DNA of 36,671 nt, from assembly GCA_965369635.1 (NCBI GenBank), contig CBDURC010000003.1, positions 1 through 36,671 of the forward strand, given 5' to 3'. The notes beneath the pieces were generated by a model. That model did no database searches. It was not told where the DNA came from and worked only from the letters and a program-made list of their open reading frames with translations. A program made the position numbers and the translations under genes. Each line of letters begins with the position of its first letter. Positions within the stretch are counted from its first letter, which is position 1. Positions 26,620 to 35,340 of the stretch are shown here, in pieces. The DNA is from an uncultured Anaerolineales bacterium. GTDB taxonomy: Bacteria > Chloroflexota > Anaerolineae > UBA3071.

Positions 26620-27702
26620 TCATTGGTTCTGTCGGTAGCGCTCCACCAGGAGGGTCACATCCGGATCGTCAACAATGTCCAGCCTGAGAGAGATCATCTG
26701 CGACTCGTGGCTCGTCAACCGGCCTGAGCCATCAAAGTTCAGCCTGGCGAGGCCTATGAGCCGCCCTGTGTGCCCTGGGCTGGGCTGTTCGGAGGGAAGG
26801 ATCAGCACCGCGGCCACCTGGTCCCAGAGCGCACTGGAGGTACGGGGTTGGCCGCTCCCGCCGACGATGATGTCAATACCCTGAATCTCCTGCTTCAGCC
26901 GCTGCTCCATCTCCTGCCCCACGTGCACCAGGAGAACAATGATGTCCGCCTGCGGGCGCAGTTCGGCTACAAGTGTCTGCGCCGTCCCCAGGGGATCGCG
27001 AACCTCAAAGCCGTGCAAGGGATTGGGTATCATGCCAGTGAGACCAACGATGGCTACCCGATGCCCGCCCGCTTCCCTGATCGCGTAGGGCTCCACGAAC
27101 AGCTCCCCTTCCAGTTCAAGATTGGCGGCGAGGAAGGGAAACGTTGCCTCCGCCATGCGTTGGCGCAGAGCCTGCGGACCGAGTTGCAAATCGCGCTCGC
27201 CCAGGACCATGGCGTCGTAGCCCATAAGGTTCATGGCCTCGATGACAATCTTCCCCTGGCTCTGCCTCGCCAGTGGGCGGTCACTACTGAGGGTATCGCC
27301 GGCGTCCAGCAGCAGCACGTGAGCCACTGCCGCTCGCTCCTGCTTCACCACGGTGGCCCGACGGGCCACACCGCCGACGGGGGGGTTTCAACCGCAGGGC
27401 AGGACGTAGCCCCATGTGTCGCTGGTGTGCAACAGTGAGAGAGCAAGCGGCGCCGGCGTAGGCGTGGGTGGCTCGGGCGTAGGGGTCGGTGGAACGGACG
27501 TAGGAGTCGGCGGCACCGGTGCGGACGTCGGCGGCACCGGTGTGGGCGTCGGCGGCGCTGCAGTGGGTGTCGGCAGCGCCGGTGTGGGAGTCGGCGGCAC
27601 CGCAGTGGGTGTCGGCAGCACCGTTGGCGTGGCACAGCCGCAAAGCAGCACCAACACGCTCATTGCCGCCGTAAGTATTCTGATCAGTCCGTTTCTCGAC
27701 AT
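26620..27702 (-). CDS. UshA/5'-nucleotidase-like selenoprotein lipoprotein; Sec (UGA) at 27388-27390 in a C-G-U motif
   Basis: ORFs 27388..27702 and 26620..27369 are in frame: [28 protein letters not shown]...LLDAGD...[15 protein letters not shown]...FPFLAANL. Lipobox LCG-C; SECIS-like hairpin directly 3' of the UGA. Confidence 0.88.
27359..27390 (-). promoter_or_regulatory. Candidate bacterial SECIS element
   Basis: UGA-AACCCC-CCCGUCGGC-[GGUGUG]-GCCCGUCGGG: a G-initiated apical loop about 15 nt from the UGA. Confidence 0.6.
27455..27620 (-). repeat. 21-bp coding tandem repeats (PTPTxxP linker)
   Basis: About 8 heptapeptide units between the lipobox and the phosphoesterase-like domain. Confidence 0.8.
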
Positions 27703-27744
27703 CCTCGCCTCTCATGTCTCCTGCCCGTTTGGACAGGCCAAATG

Positions 27745-27773
27745 TTGCACTTCTCCGCGTTCTCTGCTACAAT
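27745..27773 (+). promoter_or_regulatory. Sigma70-type promoter
   Basis: TTGCAC-17bp-TACAAT with extended TG. Confidence 0.65.
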
Positions 27774-27810
27774 AGCACTCGAAACCGATATCGTACGAGG
27801 AGAAGCTTCT

Positions 27811-28158
27811 GTGGACCTCGCCACGGGGCGCGACATCGCCCTGGTCACCCTGATCATTGAAGCGTTCGTGCTGGCGCTGGTGCCGCTGGCCACCTTCTAC
27901 TTCGGCATCCGCGGGATGCGAGCGCTGCGCCTTAGGCTCGATCCGCTGTTCCCGATGGTGCAAGGCCATCTGCGTCGCGTGGCCCAGACCACTCGGACCG
28001 CCAGCGAACGGATCGTTCGGCCTTTCATCGCCCTCGGCGTCCTGCGAGCGCAAGCCAAAGGCACGACGCAGGCTCTGATACGCACTGCGGCGTCCGCGAG
28101 GCCACACAGGAATCCGGGTCGCTACTCCGCCCGTATTACAGAAAGGGACGCAACGTGA
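27811..28158 (+). CDS. Small hypothetical membrane protein
   Basis: GAGGAG RBS and GTG start; one TM helix (IALVTLIIEAFVLALVPLATFYFGI) followed by a basic amphipathic region. Confidence 0.7.
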   Translation: MDLATGRDIALVTLIIEAFVLALVPLATFYFGIRGMRALRLRLDPLFPMVQGHLRRVAQTTRTASERIVRPFIALGVLRAQAKGTTQALIRTAASARPHRNPGRYSARITERDAT

Positions 28159-28376
28159 GCAAGAGAACCCGAGGCTTACTCATCGGCGCCGTGTCCGGCG
28201 CGGTGCTGGGCGCGGTGCTGGCATGGGCCGTGCTGTCCAGAGAAGAAACCAACGGAGAAGAGACTCCAGGCCACGTCCGTCGCCGTCTACAAGCCAGTAC
28301 CGGAGAGTGGTTCAGGCTGGGGACGTCCATCCTCCAAGCTGGCCGCCAGATGGCTGACATGGCACGCCTCGCCTGA
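28155..28376 (+). CDS. Small membrane protein with YtxH-like N-terminus
   Basis: GTGA overlap with the upstream gene; LLIGAVSGAVLGAVLAW glycine-zipper TM helix. Confidence 0.7.
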   Translation: MSKRTRGLLIGAVSGAVLGAVLAWAVLSREETNGEETPGHVRRRLQASTGEWFRLGTSILQAGRQMADMARLA

Positions 28377-28485
28377 CGTGGGCGGCATGTCGTGTCAGTC
28401 TTGTGAGACGCGTGGTCGGTCAGTCCCTTGGTCGCTTTGGCGACTGCCGCGACCACGCGATTGGACGACCACCTGCCGAACTCGG

Positions 28486-29769
28486 CTATACATCCCCAGT
28501 GTCGATAGGCTCCTCTGTCTCTGCTGCGGTCGGAGCCTCTTCGGCCAGCAACTCCTCCACGATGGCGTCCGCCACATTTTCTTCCTCTTCCTTCTCTGCC
28601 TCTGCCCACGGCTCTTGCAGCGCAGGAAGCTCCTCGACCACTGGCTCAAACGGCGCCACGCCCACCTCCGGCAACGCGTCCACAGGAATGACCTCGGGAA
28701 GCGCTGGCGGCACCACACGCTCGGGAAGCGGGGTCTCCCATGCTTCGCTCAGCGTACGCTCTTCCTGATAGCGGTCACTCAGCGAGTGGAAAGCGGTCAC
28801 GGGCATCGCCTGCCGCAGTGGGGTGTCGCCCTCGGCCCACAGTTCTCTCAGCGCTTCGAAGTCCCACTCGGCAGTGATCACCCCCTCGCTGCTGGCTGTG
28901 CCCAGTTGCACCATGACACCGCTGTACCGCTGCGTGAATTCGGCAGGCGCGAAGATCGCCGATTGACCGGCATAGTCCTGTCGCGCCCCCACCCCCAGCG
29001 GGTTGTGTCCGACGAGGAAGCTGACCATGCCGTAGAGCTGATTCTCTTGCACGCGAGCCAGCAGGCCCGCCCGCACCTTCCGGTGCAGCCCAGTCCCTGA
29101 GCACGCCCCGAGCCCGATCAACATCTGCGCCCCCTGATAGGCCAGGATGCGCCCTGCCTCGGGATAGAGGGCATCGTTTCCTAGCAGAAGACCGATGCGG
29201 CCTACCTCAGTATCGATCGCCGACCACTCCACGCCCGGCGCCGCCAGCCCCTCATCGTCAACACCCAGGCTCACCTTGGCCTGCCGGCCCACGATGTCCC
29301 CATGGGGCCCAAAGACGACGGCCTGATTGACGATGCCGCCACTGACCTGGTCCAGGATATAGCCGCTGCCTGCCACAACCGTCAGGCCGTACTCCTGGGC
29401 CGCGCCAGCGAATAGGTCGCGGAAGGCATCCCATGGCAGTCCAGGATCCTCCACCAGCAGCTTGCTCAGGTTTTGCCGCAGGTCAGCCCTCAGCACACCG
29501 GCTGTGGATTCGGCGACCTTGCCCTTGGCCCGCGTCCACAGGGAAGCCCTGGGGCGACGCGCCCGGTCCGCCCGCTTCAAGAGGCCTGCCCGCAGCCCTG
29601 GCAACAGCGGCGGTATGGCCATCGTTCCGATCAACTCAGGGAAGACGATAAGCTTCGCCTTCTTGACCTGGGCCATACGTAGAAAACGCGCCAGGTCCTT
29701 GCGACTGGCGTCCAGATCCTCGTGCAGCCGCAGACCCTGCTGCACGCAGGCCACGATCACTTTGTCCAT
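28486..29769 (-). CDS. Carbon-nitrogen hydrolase (nitrilase-superfamily) protein lacking the catalytic Cys, with acidic C-terminal tail
   Basis: LIVFPEL, VVAGS, NQAVVFGPHG..VGRQAK, TEVGRIGLLLGNDALYPE, ARVQENQLY, GQSAIFAP; GGAGGG RBS. Confidence 0.85.
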   Translation of the reverse strand: MDKVIVACVQQGLRLHEDLDASRKDLARFLRMAQVKKAKLIVFPELIGTMAIPPLLPGLRAGLLKRADRARRPRASLWTRAKGKVAESTAGVLRADLRQNLSKLLVEDPGLPWDAFRDLFAGAAQEYGLTVVAGSGYILDQVSGGIVNQAVVFGPHGDIVGRQAKVSLGVDDEGLAAPGVEWSAIDTEVGRIGLLLGNDALYPEAGRILAYQGAQMLIGLGACSGTGLHRKVRAGLLARVQENQLYGMVSFLVGHNPLGVGARQDYAGQSAIFAPAEFTQRYSGVMVQLGTASSEGVITAEWDFEALRELWAEGDTPLRQAMPVTAFHSLSDRYQEERTLSEAWETPLPERVVPPALPEVIPVDALPEVGVAPFEPVVEELPALQEPWAEAEKEEEENVADAIVEELLAEEAPTAAETEEPIDTGDV

Positions 29770-29818
29770 TGCGCCCTCCTTCAGTCTCTTCAAATCTTAC
29801 AATTCCTCGGACGGTTCA

Positions 29819-29847
29819 ATCATACCACAGCAAGTCGTAAAGTACAA
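29819..29847 (-). promoter_or_regulatory. Sigma70-type promoter
   Basis: TTGTAC-17bp-TATGAT with extended TG. Confidence 0.55.
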
Positions 29848-29948
29848 GATCATGGAACCGGAATTGGGCCTGTTGGCGAGGTTGAAAGGCACTTCCGCAT
29901 TGGCGCTTCACACCATGTCGCAAAACGTGAAGCGTAAGACGCAAGTAG

Positions 29949-30872
29949 TCAATCATAGCGCACCCGGGGGTCGAGAAGAGCATACGACACATCCACGAGC
30001 AGGTTCACCAGCACGTAGATGACAGCCACCAGCAGCACCACGCCCTGCACCACGGGGAAATCCTTCCAGAGGATGGCGTCCACGATCAGTCGCCCCAGCC
30101 CACGGCGCGAGAAGACCGTCTCGGTGACCACGGTGCCGCCCAGCAGGAAGCCGAAGCGCAAGCCAATGACCGTGGCCACGGGGATCAGGGCGTTGCGGAG
30201 CACATGACGAGTGATGACCATCCACTCTCGCAGCCCCTTGGCCCGCGCGGCAGCGACGTACTCCTGGCCCAGCGCCTCCAGCACGCTGGAGCGCATTTGA
30301 CGAGCGATGGAACCGGAGGAGGCGATGCCCAGTACGGTCGCTGGCATGACCAGGTAGCGCCATCCACCCTGGCCGGTAGCCGGCAGCCAACGTAGACCAA
30401 TGCTGAACAGCAGAATGAAGAGCAAGCCTGACCAGAAGACAGGCAGCGAGGAGCCGGTGACAGCCAGGGTCATACACAGGCTGTCCACCCAGGTATCGCG
30501 CCGCAGCGCAGCGAAAAGGCCCAGGGCCAGGCCCAGCACAATGGCGATAGCCATGGCCGCCACCGCCAGTTCGAGCGTTGCCGGCAATTGCTCACCGATC
30601 ATGCGCATTACCGGGCGATTGGTCACCAGGCTGCGGCCCAGGTCGCCGCGCAACACCTGGAAGAGGAACCGCCCGTATTGCACCAGCAGCGGTTCACCGA
30701 GCCCTAGCTGCGCTCGCAGCCTGGCGATAGCTTCCGCCGAAGCGCCCGATTCGGCCAGCAGCAGCTCCGCCGGATCGCCAGGCAAAACGCGCATGAGGAA
30801 AAAGACGAGAGTGGTCACCGCCCACAGCGTGGGCACCGCGACGGCCAATCGCCGTCCAATGTAGCGCAACAT
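29949..30872 (-). CDS. dppB: Peptide/nickel ABC transporter permease (DppB/OppB family)
   Basis: LPGDPA, GDLGRS, LPATLEL, EYVAAARAKGL (EAA loop), HVLRNALIP, VTETVF..GLG, NLLVDVSYALLDPR. Confidence 0.93.
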   Translation of the reverse strand: MLRYIGRRLAVAVPTLWAVTTLVFFLMRVLPGDPAELLLAESGASAEAIARLRAQLGLGEPLLVQYGRFLFQVLRGDLGRSLVTNRPVMRMIGEQLPATLELAVAAMAIAIVLGLALGLFAALRRDTWVDSLCMTLAVTGSSLPVFWSGLLFILLFSIGLRWLPATGQGGWRYLVMPATVLGIASSGSIARQMRSSVLEALGQEYVAAARAKGLREWMVITRHVLRNALIPVATVIGLRFGFLLGGTVVTETVFSRRGLGRLIVDAILWKDFPVVQGVVLLVAVIYVLVNLLVDVSYALLDPRVRYD

Positions 30873-31003
30873 GCAGCAAGTCCCAGTCGGAAGCGTCGAG
30901 GGAACCCAAAAAGCCGTCGAAGGGCGTCCCTTGTCAGATCTCAAGACCCCCACCTGGCTCAACATGGATTCGTGGGGCAAAAGCTCGGCCGGTGTTGCTT
31001 CTT

Positions 31004-31132
31004 GGGTTCGTAGTGGCGACGTCAGTTTAAGCGTAGTTTAGCCCCTTGTGGGCGTCTTGTGGCGGCAAAAAACGGGCACAAGGCCCTATGCTACACCTTA
31101 ACTTAATGACATTGGGTCACTACTACAAGCCC
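31004..31132. repeat. Nested palindromic element with the same end family as the 23204/23335 repeats
   Basis: Outer gggttcgtagtggcgac / gtcactactacaagccc; inner imperfect inverted repeats gtcagtttaag / cttaatgac and gtag...ctac. Confidence 0.6.
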
Positions 31133-31191
31133 TCCGTACCCCTCGACTCCGGTTAGATCCCCCTCACCTCAGGATGGAGGGGGCTCAGAAA

Positions 31192-32844
31192 TCACTCTGT
31201 CAGATAGACGTCGTAGAGCCAGGGGAACCAGCCACGGCGGTCATAGCGCAGCCCCTTGACCTCGACGCTGACGCCGTTCAGGTTCACGTAGTCCCGCACG
31301 GGGAGGATCAGCGCCAGGTCCATGATGCGCTGCTGCGCCTGAGCGTAGAGCTCCAGCCGTTCGGCCTCGTCCAGGGCCTGCGCGCCGGCGTCGAGCAACC
31401 GATCCAACTCCTCGTCCCGCACTTTGGCCCAGTTAAAGCCCGCATCGGCATTGGCCGAATGGAAAGTACTGGAGAGAATGCCGGGGTCGCTGGAAGAGAA
31501 GACCATCGGAGCCAGGTGATGCTTGCCTTCGCGGGCCGCTGCCAGCGCGGCGGGGAAGGCCATCTCCTGCATCTGCAGGTCCACGCCCACCTGTCGGAAC
31601 TGGAACTGCAGCATCTGTCCCACCTCCGGCACGTATCCCCAGCCCATAAGGATCATCTCCAGTCTCAGCGGCTGCCCATCTTTGTCACGCAGGCCATCGT
31701 CGTCGCTATCCACCCAGCCAGCTTCCTCCAGCAGCGCAGCCGCCTTGGTCAGATCGTGAGGGTACATATCCACCACGCTCTCGTCATATCCCAGGGTGAC
31801 AGCGCCCAGCGGGCCATGGGCAGCCGGCGAGGTCGCCTGGAAAATGGCCTGGGTGATCGCGTCGCGGTCGGCGGCGTAGAGGAGCGCTTGCCGCACGCGC
31901 AGATCATCGGTGGGCGCTTTGTCCGTGTTGACGAAGAACTGCAGCGGCTGACCGGGGATGGGCACGCGCAGGATGTCGAATTCCAGCGATTCCAGCAGCC
32001 GCGCCACATCCTGCGGCGGCATCTCCCCCATCACGTGAGCCTGCCCCGACTCCAGCGCCAGCACTCGCGAGGCAGGATCGGCGAAGAAGCGGAACTCAAT
32101 GCTGTCCAGGTGCGCTGGTCCCTGATGCCGGTACACCTCGGGAGCCCAATCGTAGTCAGGATTGCGCTCCAGGATCAGGTGATCTCTGGGCACGTACTCC
32201 TTGAACATGAAGGGGCCCGTGCCCACCTGGTGTTCCTGGTACTCCGCCCCCCACCTTTGCACGGCCTCCGGGCTGACCATGGCCAGGTAGACCTGGCTGG
32301 CCGCATCGAGGTAAGCAGCGTGCGGCTGGCGGAAGCGCACGCGCACGGTGAAGTCGTCCACGACCTCCGTACGTTCGTACGGCCCCAGCAACGAAGCCGC
32401 CTTGCGGGATTTGGTCTCCGGGTCGGCGATGCGGTCGAAGCTGAACTTCACCGCCTCAGCGTCGAACACCGTGCCGTCGTGGAAGCTGACATCCTTCCGC
32501 AGATAGAAGGTGTACGTCAAGCCGTCGTCGGAGACTTCCCAACGCTCCGCCAGGCCAGGGACGAAGCTGCCATCCGAGTCCTGGTAGAGCAGCGTGTCGT
32601 ACACGCTGGTGAGGGGGATGCCCAGCTCTGATGAGGCATCCACGTGCGGGTCAATGCCCGACACCACCAGGGTCAGGCCGTAGATCAGCCGGCCGCCTTG
32701 CCGAGGACCTTCGGACGGTGCCTCCACTGGCTGTGGCACCGGCGGCTGGCAGGCCTGGCAGGCCATGAGGGTCACGACGATCAATGCAAGCCAGGCAATG
32801 GCCACCAGTCGGCGGCCGCGCACACACACAGAGTTGTGGGGCAT
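31192..32844 (-). CDS. dppA: Peptide/nickel ABC transporter substrate-binding lipoprotein (family 5)
   Basis: Lipobox LMA-C; PGLAERWEVSDDGLTYTFYLRKDVSFHDGT, VGTGPF, VRQAL..A.DR, KAAALLEEAGW. Confidence 0.93.
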   Translation of the reverse strand: MPHNSVCVRGRRLVAIAWLALIVVTLMACQACQPPVPQPVEAPSEGPRQGGRLIYGLTLVVSGIDPHVDASSELGIPLTSVYDTLLYQDSDGSFVPGLAERWEVSDDGLTYTFYLRKDVSFHDGTVFDAEAVKFSFDRIADPETKSRKAASLLGPYERTEVVDDFTVRVRFRQPHAAYLDAASQVYLAMVSPEAVQRWGAEYQEHQVGTGPFMFKEYVPRDHLILERNPDYDWAPEVYRHQGPAHLDSIEFRFFADPASRVLALESGQAHVMGEMPPQDVARLLESLEFDILRVPIPGQPLQFFVNTDKAPTDDLRVRQALLYAADRDAITQAIFQATSPAAHGPLGAVTLGYDESVVDMYPHDLTKAAALLEEAGWVDSDDDGLRDKDGQPLRLEMILMGWGYVPEVGQMLQFQFRQVGVDLQMQEMAFPAALAAAREGKHHLAPMVFSSSDPGILSSTFHSANADAGFNWAKVRDEELDRLLDAGAQALDEAERLELYAQAQQRIMDLALILPVRDYVNLNGVSVEVKGLRYDRRGWFPWLYDVYLTE

Positions 32845-32866
32845 GATTCATCCCTCAGTCGAAGCA

Positions 32867-32892
32867 AGGGGCGCATAGCCATGCGCCCCTAC
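32867..32892 (-). repeat. GTAG-type REP palindrome
   Basis: Minus strand GTAG-gggcgcat-ggct-atgcgccc. Confidence 0.65.
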
Positions 32893-32933
32893 CTTCATTC
32901 ATCCATCCACCCATCAACGATTCAGAAAGCCAC

Positions 32934-34478
32934 TCAGCCCCGCTTCAGAGGAATCGGGTTCATCATGGCATGCTCCGGCGCATTGGCCCCGATGCGCAAG
33001 GCACCCTCGACGACTAGGTCGCGGTGGCCTCGCGCTACTACAACCAGCCCGTAGGCGTGGCCCTTGAGCAACTGCTCGGGGAATGCAAACTTGCCACGGC
33101 GGTCAGTACGCGTGGAAGTGTAAGCCATGTCCTTGCTCTGCTGCCGTAGGAAGTCCTGCACGCTAACCCCAGGCTTCAGGGCGATCACCAGCGCATCGGA
33201 AATGCCGCGGCCGGTCGCTTCGTCCACAATCTGGCCCGAAACCTGAGTGTCGGTATCTTCGGCACGCCTGCCTACGACGACCTTACCCTCAGCGACGATC
33301 CGCTTGCCCAGGGCAATCGCCAGATGATACTCGCCGTCAGGCAACCCCTTGGGGTTGGCTAACCGCAGCGTCTTGCGTCCCCTGGGGCCGTCTTCCCACT
33401 TGCCCTCGTCCGAGACGATGGTCTTGCCGTCTAGGGCCCATACCTGGGTCCAGATACGGCCATTGCGCATCCCCTCGTACCCGAAACTGGCGAAAATCTC
33501 CTTACCACCACGGGGCAACACTGCCGCCGGATTGATGGGCCGACCATCCTTGGTGACGCGGCCGCTGAACACCAAGGGGCTGAAGGTCGGGCCCTTCTTA
33601 ACCTTAGGTGGCCCAGGAAGACCCAACTCAGGCAGGTGTTGTGATTCGGCTGGCTTCATGGGCACCTTCGTGCGAGAGCCTGCGCCTGTGACGCTCACGC
33701 CAGCCTTCTTCAACAGAGGCTTGGCCAGATTGACCGGTCGCAGCCCGTTGATAAAACCGCCGACGGCCATCGGGGTGTCACGATGATCCACACGGCCGTC
33801 GCCGGTGGTGTCCACCACCCGACGCGCATCCACCGGCGTGATGCCGGTGCCTGCTGCAGCCTGGGTGGGGATACCAACCAACCGACCGTCGTGGTTCACA
33901 GCCGTGCCGCCGCTGTTGCCGCCAGCGATGGTAGCATCGGTCTTGATCCAGCCACGTCGAACTTTGACCCCCGGCTGCTTGGAGAAACCCGACACGCTGC
34001 CGCTGGTAAAGGTCACCGTCTCGCCACCGATGCCAGGGTAACCGAAAATGGCCAGCACGTCGCCCAGTTCCAATGTGTCCGAGTCGCCCACTGGAATGAA
34101 GGGCAAATCCAATCCTCGCACCGGCTTGCCATCCAGACCGGCGACGATGCGCAGCACCGCCAAATCGAGCTCCGGGGACTGCACCACGATGTCGGCGAAG
34201 TAAGTGACCGCCGGTGGCTCATCGGAACGCTGCGTGATGGCGATGGCCAGCCGATCCGCTGGCGGCGAGGGCATGCCCATAGCCCGCGGATTGGCCACGT
34301 GACAGTTGGTCAAGACGATCCCGCTGGGATCCACGATGGTGCCAGACCCAGTCCAGGCCGGAGACAGATTGCCCAGGAAGCCCTGGCGCAGCGCCACGAT
34401 CTGCACCACGGCATGCATCGTGTTTTGAATAACCTTGCGGTCGGGCAGGTCAGCCCTGCTTGCACGCTTGGCACACAT
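32934..34478 (-). CDS. Trypsin-like (S1C) serine protease with C-terminal beta-sandwich domains; no PDZ and no signal peptide seen
   Basis: GSGTIV, LTNCHV, LDLAVL, GYPG, IKTDATIAGGNSGG; GGAGG RBS. Confidence 0.9.
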   Translation of the reverse strand: MCAKRASRADLPDRKVIQNTMHAVVQIVALRQGFLGNLSPAWTGSGTIVDPSGIVLTNCHVANPRAMGMPSPPADRLAIAITQRSDEPPAVTYFADIVVQSPELDLAVLRIVAGLDGKPVRGLDLPFIPVGDSDTLELGDVLAIFGYPGIGGETVTFTSGSVSGFSKQPGVKVRRGWIKTDATIAGGNSGGTAVNHDGRLVGIPTQAAAGTGITPVDARRVVDTTGDGRVDHRDTPMAVGGFINGLRPVNLAKPLLKKAGVSVTGAGSRTKVPMKPAESQHLPELGLPGPPKVKKGPTFSPLVFSGRVTKDGRPINPAAVLPRGGKEIFASFGYEGMRNGRIWTQVWALDGKTIVSDEGKWEDGPRGRKTLRLANPKGLPDGEYHLAIALGKRIVAEGKVVVGRRAEDTDTQVSGQIVDEATGRGISDALVIALKPGVSVQDFLRQQSKDMAYTSTRTDRRGKFAFPEQLLKGHAYGLVVVARGHRDLVVEGALRIGANAPEHAMMNPIPLKRG

Positions 34479-34509
34479 GTGTGATGTACCTCCTAATCAA
34501 ACGTAACGG

Positions 34510-35241
34510 CTACCAGGTGTCGAGCAGATCATCGAGGCTGCCCGGCGTGGGTTGGCGGACCTGGCGTCGCTCAGTGGCGACCTGTCCACCCAGCATGTCG
34601 AACACTTCCTGCAGACTGCGCTCAGCCACATGCGGGTCGAGGCCGGTCTGCTGCGCCAGCTCGTCGGCCATGCCAGAGGAGCGCAGATAGGCAGAGTCGA
34701 CTTGCTGACCACTCCCCATAGCGTCCAGGAGGTGATCCAGGTCATAGCCCTGCGGCTGCGCCGGCTGGAGCCCGCGACCGCCCGAAGGCGCGGTCGGCGA
34801 AGGGGCCAAGCCACCCAGACCACCGGACAGCAGCTTGTCGAGCACAAAGCTGACCACCATCTGGGCTATGGCCGGAGGCAGGCCCAGTTTCTCGGCCAAC
34901 CCTTCGATGATGGGGGCCAGGAACGAGTTGCTGCCCAGGCCGCCGCCACCCCCCAGGATGGCTTCCAGCAGGCCGCCCATGCCGCCCGCACCTTGCGAAC
35001 CGCCACCACCGAGAATCCCCTCCAGCAGATCGCCCATGCCGCCAGCACCTTGCGAACCGCCACCACCGAGAATCCCTTCCAGCAGATCGCCCATGCCACC
35101 AGCACCTTGCGAACCGCCGCTACGACCGCCCAGTATACCTCCCAGCAAGTCAGCCAGCGAGTCGCCGGTTGACTTGCTGCGGCTCGGCTGCGGCTGTGCT
35201 GCAGCGCCTTCCAGAATCCCCTTGAGTAGATCTTCTAACAT
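34510..35241 (-). CDS. Gly-rich hypothetical protein (DUF937/YidB-like)
   Basis: AAGGAGG RBS; repeated GDLLEGILGGG; LAEKLGLPPAIAQMVV; LAQQTGLD. Confidence 0.75.
   Translation of the reverse strand: MLEDLLKGILEGAAAQPQPSRSKSTGDSLADLLGGILGGRSGGSQGAGGMGDLLEGILGGGGSQGAGGMGDLLEGILGGGGSQGAGGMGGLLEAILGGGGGLGSNSFLAPIIEGLAEKLGLPPAIAQMVVSFVLDKLLSGGLGGLAPSPTAPSGGRGLQPAQPQGYDLDHLLDAMGSGQQVDSAYLRSSGMADELAQQTGLDPHVAERSLQEVFDMLGGQVATERRQVRQPTPGSLDDLLDTW
34964..35118. repeat. 57-bp coding tandem repeat (~2.7 copies)
   Basis: tccagcag recurs at 34964, 35021 and 35078; unit GGGGSQGAGGMGDLLEGIL. Confidence 0.9.
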
Positions 35242-35340
35242 GATGATTGAGCCCTCCTTGTATGTAGTTGCGTAGACTCTGACACACCGAGCCTTCAAGC
35301 TTAAGACGAGAAAAGAAGAAAAATGTCACTCCCAGCGAAC

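Noticed and set aside
27388-27702. Separate 104-aa P/T-rich lipoprotein
   Set aside because: It ends mid-motif (HTSDTWG..PCG) and continues in frame after the UGA, so it is the N-terminus of the selenoprotein.
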